DNA from: Myxococcales bacterium
Lineage (GTDB): Bacteria > Myxococcota_A > Polyangia > Polyangiales > DASUME01
NCBI GenBank assembly: GCA_047601445.1
Contig: JASGJH010000001.1
Span: 8,736,001 to 8,800,000 of the forward strand
Direction: 5' to 3'
DNA length: 64,000 nucleotides
In this document: one piece after another, positions 47,289 through 56,917 of the stretch
Layout: every line of letters starts with the position of its first letter
Numbering within the stretch: position 1 is the first letter of the stretch
Made by a program: the position numbers and the translations under genes
The notes under the pieces: model-generated
Told to the model about the DNA's origin: nothing
Database searches by the model: none
Seen by the model: the letters and a program-made list of their open reading frames with translations, nothing else

Positions 47289-48954
47289 AATCCTCGATGA
47301 CTTTGGGGTCGAGCGGGTTGTCGGGATCGGGCGCGGACGCCTCTTGAGCTGGGCTCGCGTTGGCCGTTTGGGAGAGTCCCTGGGTCTCTGCTTCACTCAG
47401 CAAGGTGAGCAGGGCGGCGCGCGAGAGCGGCTTGGCGAGTACGCCGTCGATGGCCGCGAGCTCGCTCAGTTGCTCGTGGGCGAACAGGTTGGCCGTGAGC
47501 AGATAGATGCGCACCGGACGCTCGAGGCGCCTGGTCTGGCTGAGCCTGCGCAGCGCCACGGCAGTCTCCGCACCATCGGCGTCGGGCATCTGGTAGTCCA
47601 GCAAGACGAGATCGAATGCCTGGCTCGCCATCAAGCGTTGGGCCTCGTTGCCGCCTGCGGCGCACTCCGTTTGCCATCCGGAGAGCTCGAGCATGGCGCG
47701 CAGGAGCTCGCGCGCGGGTGCGCTGTCGTCCACGATCAGAGCGCGCCCGCCGTGCAGCGCGTGCTGTGGCAACGGCGAAGGGGGCCGAGTGGCGGCCTCG
47801 CGACGCAACTCATCCACACCGGCGAGCGGCAGGAGCACGCGGATCTTGGTGCCCCGTCCCAACTCGCTCTCGACCTCGAGCGTGCCTCCCATGTGGGTCA
47901 CCAGGCGGTGCGCGATGGCGAGGCCCAGGCCCACGCCGCCGTAGCGTCGGCGCGTGCTGCCGTCGGCTTGCTGGAACGGGGCCAGTACGCGTCGAGCCTC
48001 CTCCAGGTTCATGCCGATACCGGTGTCGCTGACCTCGACCTGGACCTGCTGCACGCCGCGCTCGCGGGCGGTGCTGCGCAGGCTCAGCGCAACCTCGCCG
48101 CGTTCGGTGAACTTCACCGCGTTGTCGAGCAAGTTGCGCACGATCTGCAGCACGCGCGCGGCGTCGGCCTCGACCCAGACCCGCTGCGCTTCGTGGTCGA
48201 AGCGCAGGGCGAGCCCCTTGACGCGCGCGCTGGGCTCCGCGGACTCCACCAACGTCTGCAGCGCGGTCACGAGCTCCACCGGTTCGCGCTCGAGACTCAA
48301 GCCGCCCGCTTCGAGTGCCGCCAGGTGCAGCAAGTCGTCCACCTGACGCTGCATGGCTCCGCACTGACCGCGGATCAGCTCTACATAGCGCCGCTGCTTT
48401 TCGTCGAGCGTACCCGCCTCGAGCAGCTCGGCGAAACCCGAGATGCAATGGGCCGGTGAACGCAGCTCGTGGCTCACGTTCGCGAGCAGCTCCGAGCGTG
48501 CGATCACGGCGCTCTCGGCGCGCTTGCGCAAGTTGCGGAGCTCCTGCTCCATGCGCTTTCGCTCGTCGATGTCGCGCACGCTGGTGCGATAGCCCGCCGG
48601 GTTTCCCGTCGAGTCCGTGAGACTCTGCCAGGAGATCGCCACCCAGCGTTCCACGCCGTCTTTACGCACGATGCGAAACTCGATGTCGTTGCCGCTGCCG
48701 CGTCGCTCGGCGTCACGCACGATGGCGCTGACCAGGGCCCGATCGTGCTCGTGCACCAGGCTCACCGGGTAGTCCGCCATGGCCAGGCACTCGTCCACCG
48801 CGTAGCCGGTGATGCGCTCCACGGCGGCGTTCACCCAGCGCGGACGTCCTTCGGCGTCGACCCAGGTCTCCCAGTCGTAGGTGTACTCGGCGATGATGCG
48901 GAACAGGTCGGGTGTGGGGGCACCGCCGCCCGCGTCCGAATGGGGCCGACTCAC
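47212..48954 (-). CDS. PAS-HisKA-HATPase-REC hybrid histidine kinase (frameshifted before Hpt)
   Basis: SHELRSP, NAVKFT, DTGIG, GVGLGL, LDYQMP. Confidence 0.88.
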   Translation of the reverse strand: MSRPHSDAGGGAPTPDLFRIIAEYTYDWETWVDAEGRPRWVNAAVERITGYAVDECLAMADYPVSLVHEHDRALVSAIVRDAERRGSGNDIEFRIVRKDGVERWVAISWQSLTDSTGNPAGYRTSVRDIDERKRMEQELRNLRKRAESAVIARSELLANVSHELRSPAHCISGFAELLEAGTLDEKQRRYVELIRGQCGAMQRQVDDLLHLAALEAGGLSLEREPVELVTALQTLVESAEPSARVKGLALRFDHEAQRVWVEADAARVLQIVRNLLDNAVKFTERGEVALSLRSTARERGVQQVQVEVSDTGIGMNLEEARRVLAPFQQADGSTRRRYGGVGLGLAIAHRLVTHMGGTLEVESELGRGTKIRVLLPLAGVDELRREAATRPPSPLPQHALHGGRALIVDDSAPARELLRAMLELSGWQTECAAGGNEAQRLMASQAFDLVLLDYQMPDADGAETAVALRRLSQTRRLERPVRIYLLTANLFAHEQLSELAAIDGVLAKPLSRAALLTLLSEAETQGLSQTANASPAQEASAPDPDNPLDPKVIEDSAGSHGPRRTGGAAPGGSPDAGLPA

Positions 48955-48957
48955 GGC

Positions 48958-49611
48958 TCAGCTCTCCGCGTCGACCAGTCCCTGGGCGATCGCATAGCGG
49001 GTCAGCCCGGCCACGTCGTGCACGCCCAGCCGTTCCATGATGCGCGTGCGGTGGTTGGTGACCGTCTTCTCGCTCAGGATCAAGCGAGTGGCGATTTCCT
49101 TGGTGCTCATCCCGCTGGCCACCAACCGCACCACTTCGCGCTGACGACTGGTGAGCTGCTGGTCGCATTCGGGTGTGACGGCCGCCTCGTGCAAGAGCTG
49201 GCTGGTCTGGCTGCAGTAGAACACGCCGCCTGCCGAGACTCGGTCGATGGCCTCGCGCAGCTCGCGCAGGGGAGCGCCCTTGGTGACCACGCCGTGGGCG
49301 CCGCGCGCGGTGGCCTCCTTGACGATGGCTGGACGAGAGTGCGCCGTGAGCACGACGACGCGTGAGCCACGCGACGTCGACTTGATCTCACTCAAGAGCT
49401 CGAACCCGTGGGCGTCCGGCAGCACCAGATCGAGCAGCACCAGATCGAAGCGACCCTTGGTCAACGCGCTGCGCGCCTCGGCGCCGGTCCCGGCGGACTC
49501 GGTCTCGTAGTGCACGCTGGCGAAGAGCTCTTCGAGCAATTCGCGCAAGGTGGTTTGGTCTTCGACGATCAGGGCCCGCTTGGCGGCGGACGGGCGGGAT
49601 TTGGTGAGCAT
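48958..49611 (-). CDS. NarL/LuxR-family response regulator
   Basis: IVED, LLDLVLP, LTSRQREV...KEIA..L.LSEKTV. Confidence 0.92.
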   Translation of the reverse strand: MLTKSRPSAAKRALIVEDQTTLRELLEELFASVHYETESAGTGAEARSALTKGRFDLVLLDLVLPDAHGFELLSEIKSTSRGSRVVVLTAHSRPAIVKEATARGAHGVVTKGAPLRELREAIDRVSAGGVFYCSQTSQLLHEAAVTPECDQQLTSRQREVVRLVASGMSTKEIATRLILSEKTVTNHRTRIMERLGVHDVAGLTRYAIAQGLVDAES

Positions 49612-49960
49612 TCTTTTTGTGAACCTTGGGGGGTTCCCTCTATTCCGGGGGGTGGGCAAAAAGTCCACAGTGTACCCGGGGTGGAGTCTCGCGTGACCTA
49701 TTCAGGATGACGCAAAACCTCATCACGGTCGCAGGCAAGCTTGGGTGCCCGCGTAAATGCGCGGCTTTTCGAGCGCTGCGAGCCCTGCTCTCGCGTCGGT
49801 GAGGGCCCCCGACTGGGTCCTCCGGGCTCACCGAATGCGCTCCCCAACGCGGCTAGACGCTGTCTGGTCCGCTTTGGTTCCCACCACCTCCTCGGGCGCC
49901 GTGCTCCGCGCGGTCGTCCCGCTTGAACGCCCCTCAAGAATCACGGGGCAGGCGAGCCAA

Positions 49961-49999
49961 CCGTGAGAAATCCGCGCGCTCGCCCGTGAGAACTCCGCG
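49961..49999. repeat. 16-nt direct repeat with 23-bp period (candidate activator site)
   Basis: CCGTGAGAAATCCGCG and CCGTGAGAACTCCGCG. Confidence 0.7.
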
Positions 50000-50039
50000 G
50001 ACTGCGCCATGTAAGCGCGTTTTGCAGCAGAAACGCTGG

Positions 50040-50055
50040 TGGCACATGCGCTGCA
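50040..50055 (+). promoter_or_regulatory. Sigma54 -24/-12 promoter
   Basis: TGGCACATGCGCTGCA: GG-N10-GC, 61 nt upstream of the sulfatase ATG. Confidence 0.65.
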
Positions 50056-50116
50056 TTGGCGGGCGCTGCGCGGCGGACTCTCGGGTTCACGCGCCGCCAA
50101 ACAAGGAGAACGAGGA

Positions 50117-51703
50117 ATGCACGCAGATGCTGCGAAGGGAGCGAGCGCCGGCCGGAGAGCTTGGTTCAGGCTCTCACTGGTGTGGGCGTTGACTGCTGTG
50201 GGATGCGCGAATCAGGGCTCGGACGCCGAGGCTACGCGCGAGGACTCGCTCGAGGTTGCGGAGACCAAGAACGAGTCTCTCTCGAGCAAGCCCAACATCG
50301 TGTACATCGTGACCGACGACCTCAACACCGAAGTGTACGACCGGCAAACCGGGCTCAAGTCGTTGCTCGATCAACAAGGCACGGTGTTCAACAAGCACTT
50401 CGTGAGCCTCTCGCTGTGCTGCCCCTCGCGCACGGCGGTCCTGCGCGGGCAGTTCGCGCACAACAGCGGCGTGTTCTCCAACGGTGGAGAGAACGGCGGC
50501 TTCGGCAAGGTCTACGCCGACGGCCTGGAGAGCAGCACGATCGCTACGGCGCTGCAGGGGGCGGGGTACCGCACGGCTCTGTTCGGCAAGTACTTGAACG
50601 GCTATCCCGGCGAGGGCCCCTCGAAGACCTATATCCCGCCGGGCTGGACGCGCTGGTTCGCCGCCAACGGTGGCAGTCCGTACTCCGAGTACAACTACGA
50701 CCTCAACGAGAACGGCACCACGGTTCACTACGGGAGCACGGCCGCGGACTACGGCGTGGACGTCGTAGCGAACAAGGCCACCACCTTCATTCGCAACTCC
50801 ACCAACAACTTCCCCAACAAGCCCTTCTTCCTCTACATCGCGCCCTTCGTTCCGCACGGCCCGGCAACACCGCCGCCTCGCTACGAGGACCGATACCCCA
50901 ACGCCAAGGCGCCACGCACGGCCTCCTTCAACGAGGCCAACGTGGGTGACAAGCCTAACTGGGTGAAGAACAAGGCGCTCCTGACTCAGAATCAGATCGA
51001 TGCCATCGACGCCCTCTATCGCAAGCGCTTGCAGACGATGCTTGCGGTCGAGGACCTCGTGCGCAACGTGATCGACACCCTCAGTGCAACCGGTCAGCTC
51101 GCCAACACGTACATCTTCTTCACTTCGGACAACGGGTTCCACCAGGGCCAGCACCGCTTGACCTCGGGCAAGAACACGGCCTACGAGGAGGACCTGCGCG
51201 TACCGTTGATCGTGCGTGGACCCGGCGTGCCGGTGGGCCGCGTGGTCAACAAGATCACGGCCAACGTCGATTTCGCGTCGACCTGGGCCGACCTCGCTGG
51301 CGTCGCCTCCCTCCCACAGTTCGACGGTCGCTCGTTGGTGCCGTTCCTCCGCAACCTGACGCCGAGCCCCTGGCGTCAGGCCCTGTTGCTCGAGCATGCG
51401 GGTCCGAGCATCACGCTGCCCAGCGCCGACGGCACCCTGGAGCCCCAGGATGACTTCGACGTGCAGGCGCAGGCCACCGGTGGCACGCCCGTGTTCGTCG
51501 GAGTGCGCACCGCCGATCGCACCTACGTGGAGTACGACACCGGCGAGCGCGAGCTTTACGACAACGTCGCCGACCCGGATCAGCTCGACAACTCCTACGG
51601 CACGGCGAGCGCGGCTCTCAAGGCCAGCCTTTCCAGCTGGACGACCAACCTCAAGAGCGCCGCTGGAGCCCAGCTGCGGGCCGCCGAAGAGGTACAGCCC
51701 TGA
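50117..51703 (+). CDS. Formylglycine-dependent sulfatase (GlcNAc-6-sulfatase-like), lipoprotein
   Basis: AVGC lipobox; TDD, CCPSR, GKYLN, TSDNG. Confidence 0.92.
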   Translation: MHADAAKGASAGRRAWFRLSLVWALTAVGCANQGSDAEATREDSLEVAETKNESLSSKPNIVYIVTDDLNTEVYDRQTGLKSLLDQQGTVFNKHFVSLSLCCPSRTAVLRGQFAHNSGVFSNGGENGGFGKVYADGLESSTIATALQGAGYRTALFGKYLNGYPGEGPSKTYIPPGWTRWFAANGGSPYSEYNYDLNENGTTVHYGSTAADYGVDVVANKATTFIRNSTNNFPNKPFFLYIAPFVPHGPATPPPRYEDRYPNAKAPRTASFNEANVGDKPNWVKNKALLTQNQIDAIDALYRKRLQTMLAVEDLVRNVIDTLSATGQLANTYIFFTSDNGFHQGQHRLTSGKNTAYEEDLRVPLIVRGPGVPVGRVVNKITANVDFASTWADLAGVASLPQFDGRSLVPFLRNLTPSPWRQALLLEHAGPSITLPSADGTLEPQDDFDVQAQATGGTPVFVGVRTADRTYVEYDTGERELYDNVADPDQLDNSYGTASAALKASLSSWTTNLKSAAGAQLRAAEEVQP

Positions 51704-51735
51704 GCAGCACGGGTCGCTGCGAGGTGAGGCTCGCC

Positions 51736-52875
51736 ATGCAGGGCGTGACGAAGCGGCAGCGAAGTCTGCTGATCGGAGTCGTGCTCGGCATCGCGAGTGC
51801 TTGGTGGGGGTGCGGCTCGGAGTCGGGGGGCTCCGAGCCGCGAGCGGCCGCCAAGGTCGAGCCGCGCAGCGACCCCGGGGCGCGAGCGAGCGTGCAGCGC
51901 CCTGAGCCACTCGCGTCGGACCACGGGCGCGTGCTCTACGCCAGGATGTGCGCGGTCTGTCACGGTGCCAGAGGCGAGGGGTATCGTGCAGACAACGCGC
52001 CTGGCCTGGCGCACCCGGAGTTCTTGGCCAGTGTCAGCGACGAGGCGCTGGCGGTCGCGATCATGGACGGCCGCGCGGGCACGACCATGTCGGCGTGGCA
52101 CCTGTCCCATGGGGGCCCGCTGTCCGATCGCGATGTAGTGAGTCTCATCGAGTTCTTGCGCACGTGGTCCAGGGCTGCGCCTGCGGCGCTCGATGCGAGT
52201 CCGCCGCGAGGGGAGCCCGCCGCAGGCCGACGCCTGTTCGCGAAGGAGTGCGCGCGCTGTCACGACCCAGCCGGTCCCTACGTGCGCATCACGTCGCGTG
52301 AGTGGCTCTCCACCGCGACGCCCGGCTTTCTGCGTCATGCCTTGCGCGTTGGGCGCGTGGGGACGCCGATGGCGAGCTTTGCAGACCTGGGTGAGCGAGC
52401 CATCGAGGATCTCGTGGCCTACTTGACGAGTCTGCCGGCGTGGCCAACTCCGCAGCCTCCACCGCTGACTGCGCGCCCACCGCCGTTGCCGCTCGGACCG
52501 GTCCCCTTGAACCCGCGTGGACCTTCTCCTCGAGGCTTTGCGCCGTTTCCACGTATGACCTCGGTGGACGTCGTGCATGCGCAGCTCGCACGTGGAGCCC
52601 GCATGGTCTTGATCGACGCACGCGTACCCTCCGACTTCGTGCAGCTCCGCATCGAGGGCGCTGTCAGCGTGCCCTTCTACGATCCTGCGCCTTACTTCGC
52701 TGCGCTCCCCAAGGACACCTGGTTGGTCTGCTACTGCGGTTGCCCGCACGCCGAGTCGGGTGCGCTCGCGGAGCAGCTCGTCGCCGCTGGCTTCCGCAAG
52801 GTCACGGTGCTCGACGAGGGACTCGGTGAATGGCTCGCGCGGGGATATCCTGTCCACAGCGGCGGCGAACACTGA
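51736..52875 (+). CDS. Diheme cytochrome c-rhodanese fusion lipoprotein
   Basis: CAVCH, CARCH with distal Met motifs; IDAR..F...RIEGA; YCGCPHAES. Confidence 0.82.
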   Translation: MQGVTKRQRSLLIGVVLGIASAWWGCGSESGGSEPRAAAKVEPRSDPGARASVQRPEPLASDHGRVLYARMCAVCHGARGEGYRADNAPGLAHPEFLASVSDEALAVAIMDGRAGTTMSAWHLSHGGPLSDRDVVSLIEFLRTWSRAAPAALDASPPRGEPAAGRRLFAKECARCHDPAGPYVRITSREWLSTATPGFLRHALRVGRVGTPMASFADLGERAIEDLVAYLTSLPAWPTPQPPPLTARPPPLPLGPVPLNPRGPSPRGFAPFPRMTSVDVVHAQLARGARMVLIDARVPSDFVQLRIEGAVSVPFYDPAPYFAALPKDTWLVCYCGCPHAESGALAEQLVAAGFRKVTVLDEGLGEWLARGYPVHSGGEH

Positions 52876-52945
52876 TAGCCTCGCGTGAATGGCTGCATCG
52901 TTTTTTGTGAGCCGCGCGTCAGAGGATGCGCGCGTGAACCGCGTG

Positions 52946-54748
52946 ATGCGGAGTTTCCTTCGAAACAGGTCGTCTATCGCGATTGCCGGGGCAGCACTGC
53001 TTTGGTCATGCTCGGGCGACGGAACGCGCGCAGGCGACCACGTAGGCGATGGTGGCAAAGCGGACGGAGGTGGCTCCGCATGTGCCGGTCAGCCCTACGT
53101 TTGCGAGGGAAATCGCGCCGTGTCCTGTGGTCCGGACGCGGGTGCGGCCCAGGACTGCAGCGCCCTCGGCAAGGTATGCAACGAGTACTCGGGCTGCGCG
53201 GACTGCATTCCCGAGCAAGCCTCGTGCGAGAACGGCCAGGCCACTTGGTGTTCCCCCAAGGGCGAGCTGCTCGCATTCGAGTGCGACCCGGTGCAGGGGC
53301 TGACGTGCGATCCGGATGGCTGCAAGGGCGCATGCACCCTGGGCGAGGTCCATGATAGCTACATCGGTTGCGACTACTACCCCACCGTCACGCTGAACCC
53401 CGTGTGGAGCGGCTTCACGTTCGCCATCGCGGTCTCCAACGCGTCGGGTGCCGACACCAAGGTGACCATCACGCGCGGCGACGCTGTGGTGAAGGAGGAG
53501 ATGGTCGGAGCCGGTGAGCTCAAGAGCATCCCGCTCGACTGGATCCCGGAGCTCAAGGGTGGCGATTCGCAGTGCGCCACGCCGCCTCCTGCGGGGGGCA
53601 CGCGCCTGGTCGCCAACGGCGCATATCGCGTGCGCGCCGATCGGCCTGTGACGGTGTATCAGTTCAGTCCGCTCGACTACGAGCTCTCGCCCCGCCCGGC
53701 CGCCTGCCCTGTGATCGCAGAGTGCTCGACCAAGTCCAATGAGACCCGCTGTCTCTCCTACACGAACGATGCCTCGTTGCTGTTGCCCGCCTCGGCGCTC
53801 ACAGGTAGCTACACCGCGCTTTCCTGGCCTACGCAGGACAATGGCTCGGGCTTCATCGCCGTCACGGCCACGGAAGATGGCACCGAGCTGACGCTCACGG
53901 GGCAGGGCGCCACGGTGGCTGGCGCCGGCATCGGGTCCACTGCTCAGGGCACGGTCTCGATGAAGCGGGGCGACGTGCTCGAGGTGGTGGCTGCGGCCAA
54001 CGGAGATCTGAGTGGGACGCGACTGCGCGCGAACAAGCCCATCCAGGTGCTCGGTGGTCACAGCTGCGCGAACGTGCCTACCAAGGGCATCGACACCTGC
54101 GACCACATCGAAGAAGTGCTGTTCCCCGAGGACACGCTCGGCAAGGACTACCTGGTGACGCTCGGTATCTTTGCCAACCAGCAGACGCTGTGGCCGTCGG
54201 TAGTGCGTGTGGCGGCCATCCAGGACGGCACGAACGTGAGCTTCGATCCGCCGCTGTTCCCGGCCAAGACCCTCAACGCCGGCGAGATCGTGCAAGTGGA
54301 GCAATCCGGGGCGAACGCTCAGCCGGTGCACGTGATGGGCGACAAGCCGATCCTGGTCACGACCTACATGGTGGGGCAGGAGGCCCTTCCGGAGGCTCAT
54401 TTCGTGGGCGATCCATCGATGTCGATCGCGGTGCCCACCGAGCAGTTCCGGCAGTCCTACATCTTCACCGCGCCCACCAGCTACGCGATCAACTTTGCGA
54501 GCGTGATCGCAAAGCCGGGAGCCAACGCCAAGATCGACGGCGTGGTCGTGGAAGACTCGGCCTACACGCCCATCGGGAGCAGCGGCTACGGTGTGGCGCA
54601 CGTGGAGCTGAGCTCGGACACCTCGGTGCACACGCTCGAAGCGAGCCAGGAAGTCGGACTCTCGGTGTACGGCTATGGGAGCTTCACGAGTTATATGTAC
54701 CCCGGCGGAGCTGATCTCGATCGCATCACGGTGCCCCCGATCCTCTGA
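52946..54748 (+). CDS. IgGFc-binding-domain lipoprotein with Cys-rich N-terminus
   Basis: LWSC lipobox; SYIGCDYY, YTNDASLLLP, DHIEE, GDPSM, SYMYPGG; start uncertain. Confidence 0.85.
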   Translation: MRSFLRNRSSIAIAGAALLWSCSGDGTRAGDHVGDGGKADGGGSACAGQPYVCEGNRAVSCGPDAGAAQDCSALGKVCNEYSGCADCIPEQASCENGQATWCSPKGELLAFECDPVQGLTCDPDGCKGACTLGEVHDSYIGCDYYPTVTLNPVWSGFTFAIAVSNASGADTKVTITRGDAVVKEEMVGAGELKSIPLDWIPELKGGDSQCATPPPAGGTRLVANGAYRVRADRPVTVYQFSPLDYELSPRPAACPVIAECSTKSNETRCLSYTNDASLLLPASALTGSYTALSWPTQDNGSGFIAVTATEDGTELTLTGQGATVAGAGIGSTAQGTVSMKRGDVLEVVAAANGDLSGTRLRANKPIQVLGGHSCANVPTKGIDTCDHIEEVLFPEDTLGKDYLVTLGIFANQQTLWPSVVRVAAIQDGTNVSFDPPLFPAKTLNAGEIVQVEQSGANAQPVHVMGDKPILVTTYMVGQEALPEAHFVGDPSMSIAVPTEQFRQSYIFTAPTSYAINFASVIAKPGANAKIDGVVVEDSAYTPIGSSGYGVAHVELSSDTSVHTLEASQEVGLSVYGYGSFTSYMYPGGADLDRITVPPIL

Positions 54749-54895
54749 CCCGTCTCGGCCTTCCCGAGGCTCAAAAACAAGCGCAAACAAAATGGCCTCT
54801 TCAAGGATGAATCTTTGGAGGGTTATCCTGCCTTTTCCCGTCGTGCTTTGCTGGCGGGCGGACCCGCCCGCTTCGACCGAGATCCCGGAGTTGCC

Positions 54896-56902
54896 ATGAA
54901 CACGTCGCCCAACCGCGCCATCTCCAACGGTGCATTTCAGGCCTTCGGACGCAGCTGGGCGCGCTCGCTATTGCTAGGCATCTGTCTGCTCGCTGCCTGT
55001 TCGGGCAAGGAACAGAAAGGTGCTCAGCATGGCAACGGCGATGCAGGCGCGCTGACCGGCAACGATGGCGGCGGGGACGGCGATGGCAACGGCGACGGTG
55101 ATGGAGACGGCCAGGGCGATGGCGACGGAACCGGCGACGGTGACGCAGGCTCGGGCCACAAGGGCCCCATGTCGTGTTCACCCATCACGTGCGAAGCCAA
55201 GGGCTATTCGTGCGGCCTGGTCGAAGATGGTTGTGGCGGCGTGTTGCCCTGCGGCCCCTGCAAGGACAACAAGGTCTGTTCGCCCGATACCCATCAGTGC
55301 GTGGAGCCGGTTTCGCTCTGCATGATGCGCGAGTGCGGCGCCGCCATCGACGCCTGCAACGATCCCGTCGCCTGCGGCGGCTCCTGCGGGGCGGGCGAGA
55401 TCTGCAAGGGCGGCGAGTGTCAGGCCTGCGTTCCACGTGAGTGCAACAAGGACGGTCTATGCGGCGACGTGTCCGACGGTTGCGGCGCCACGCTGCACTG
55501 TCCTGGCTGCGGCGACGGAATGGCCTGCGATCGAATCATTCATCAGTGCGCCGCCTGCGAGCCCACCACCTGTCTCGGCGAGGGTGTCGAGTGCGGCACC
55601 ATTAGCGACGGCTGCGGCAAGACCCTGGATTGCAAGGCCTGCACTGCCGACAAGATGTGCTTGAGCGGCAAGTGCGTGCCCAAGGCGCTTCCGGCCGAGT
55701 GCACCGCGCAAGGCGCCAACTGCGGCGACATCCTCCATGCCTGCACGGGCGCCAAGCTCAACTGCGGCAAGTGCGTGGAAGGCGAGATCTGCTCGAACAA
55801 CGTGTGCAAGAGCTGCGTGCCCACCAGCTGCGACGAGAAGAGCGCGGTGTGCGGCGACATCGACGATGGCTGCGGAGGCAAGCTGCACTGCGGTGACTGC
55901 GATGATGCCAAGGACGAGGTGTGCAACCGCGGCAGTTGCTGCGTGCCCAAGACCTGCGAGCAGCTCGGCAAGAACTGCGGCGACAACGTCGATGACGGCT
56001 GCGGCGGCAAACTGCACTGCGGCGACTGCGACCCGCTGAAGAACCAGTTCTGCGGCTACAAGACCTCACCCAACGTCTGCGGCACTTGCATCCCCACCAC
56101 CACCTGCGCCGACGCGGGCGAGCAGTGCGGCCGGCTCTTCGACGGCTGCAAGGACGTCAATTGCGGCGACTGCGACGCCGGTGAGGGATGCGACAATGGT
56201 GGAACAGCCAACATCTGCGTGCAGTGCCCCACCTGCGCGTCAATCGCCGCGGACAACGGCGGCAAGCAGGCCTGTGGTCCTCACAAGGGCGTTTGCGGCG
56301 ACCTGAACTGCGGCGATTGCTTGGCCTCCAATGAGAGGTGCGGTGCCGGTGGAACCGCTGGTATCTGCGACGTTTGCGTGCCCGACCCCAACGCCTGCGC
56401 TGGCAAGAACTGCGGCACGGTCTGGAACGGCTGCGACAACGTGACCTGCTCGCCTAACAGCTGCGGCGCGGGCGAGACCTGTGGCGCCAATGGAGTCGCC
56501 AACGTGTGCGGCGTGTGCTCGCCCACCACCAGCTGCCAGGCCCAGGGTAAGACCTGCGGCACGGTCTGGAACGGCTGCGTGAACGAGCAGTGTGCCGGCT
56601 GCAAGGCGGGCGAGAAGTGCATTGCGAACGGCACCCAGTGCTGCAAGCCCGACAGTTGCTCTGCTCACGCCGGTCAGTGCGGAGACATCGACGATGGTTG
56701 CGGTGGCACCTTGCACTGCGGCTGCCCGTCGCAGTCCCAGAGCTGCTTCAACGGTAGCTGCTGCGTGCGCCGCACCTGCCAGGAGATTGCCAACCAGATC
56801 GGCGGCAACGATCCCGTGGTCGGCTGTGTGGACGGCGACCAGCAGAACTTCATCGAGTGCGGCGAGATCGTGCAGTGCGAGTTGTGCCTCGATCTCCAGT
56901 GA
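54896..56902 (+). CDS. Cys-rich repeat lipoprotein (about 12 CxPxxC..CG..DGCG..LxC units)
   Basis: LAAC lipobox, GDGDG linker, ~42-aa repeats with 7-8 Cys each. Confidence 0.8.
   Translation: MNTSPNRAISNGAFQAFGRSWARSLLLGICLLAACSGKEQKGAQHGNGDAGALTGNDGGGDGDGNGDGDGDGQGDGDGTGDGDAGSGHKGPMSCSPITCEAKGYSCGLVEDGCGGVLPCGPCKDNKVCSPDTHQCVEPVSLCMMRECGAAIDACNDPVACGGSCGAGEICKGGECQACVPRECNKDGLCGDVSDGCGATLHCPGCGDGMACDRIIHQCAACEPTTCLGEGVECGTISDGCGKTLDCKACTADKMCLSGKCVPKALPAECTAQGANCGDILHACTGAKLNCGKCVEGEICSNNVCKSCVPTSCDEKSAVCGDIDDGCGGKLHCGDCDDAKDEVCNRGSCCVPKTCEQLGKNCGDNVDDGCGGKLHCGDCDPLKNQFCGYKTSPNVCGTCIPTTTCADAGEQCGRLFDGCKDVNCGDCDAGEGCDNGGTANICVQCPTCASIAADNGGKQACGPHKGVCGDLNCGDCLASNERCGAGGTAGICDVCVPDPNACAGKNCGTVWNGCDNVTCSPNSCGAGETCGANGVANVCGVCSPTTSCQAQGKTCGTVWNGCVNEQCAGCKAGEKCIANGTQCCKPDSCSAHAGQCGDIDDGCGGTLHCGCPSQSQSCFNGSCCVRRTCQEIANQIGGNDPVVGCVDGDQQNFIECGEIVQCELCLDLQ
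55070..55146. repeat. Gly-Asp (GGCGAC-type) low-complexity repeat
   Basis: Encodes GDGDGNGDGDGDGQGDGDGTGDGDA. Confidence 0.75.
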
Positions 56903-56917
56903 ACGAGTGACCAGAAC

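Noticed and set aside
47289..47310. Programmed -1 frameshift at CCCCAAAG
   Set aside because: Joining Hpt needs a +1 shift, and the heptamer is not in slippery-site phase
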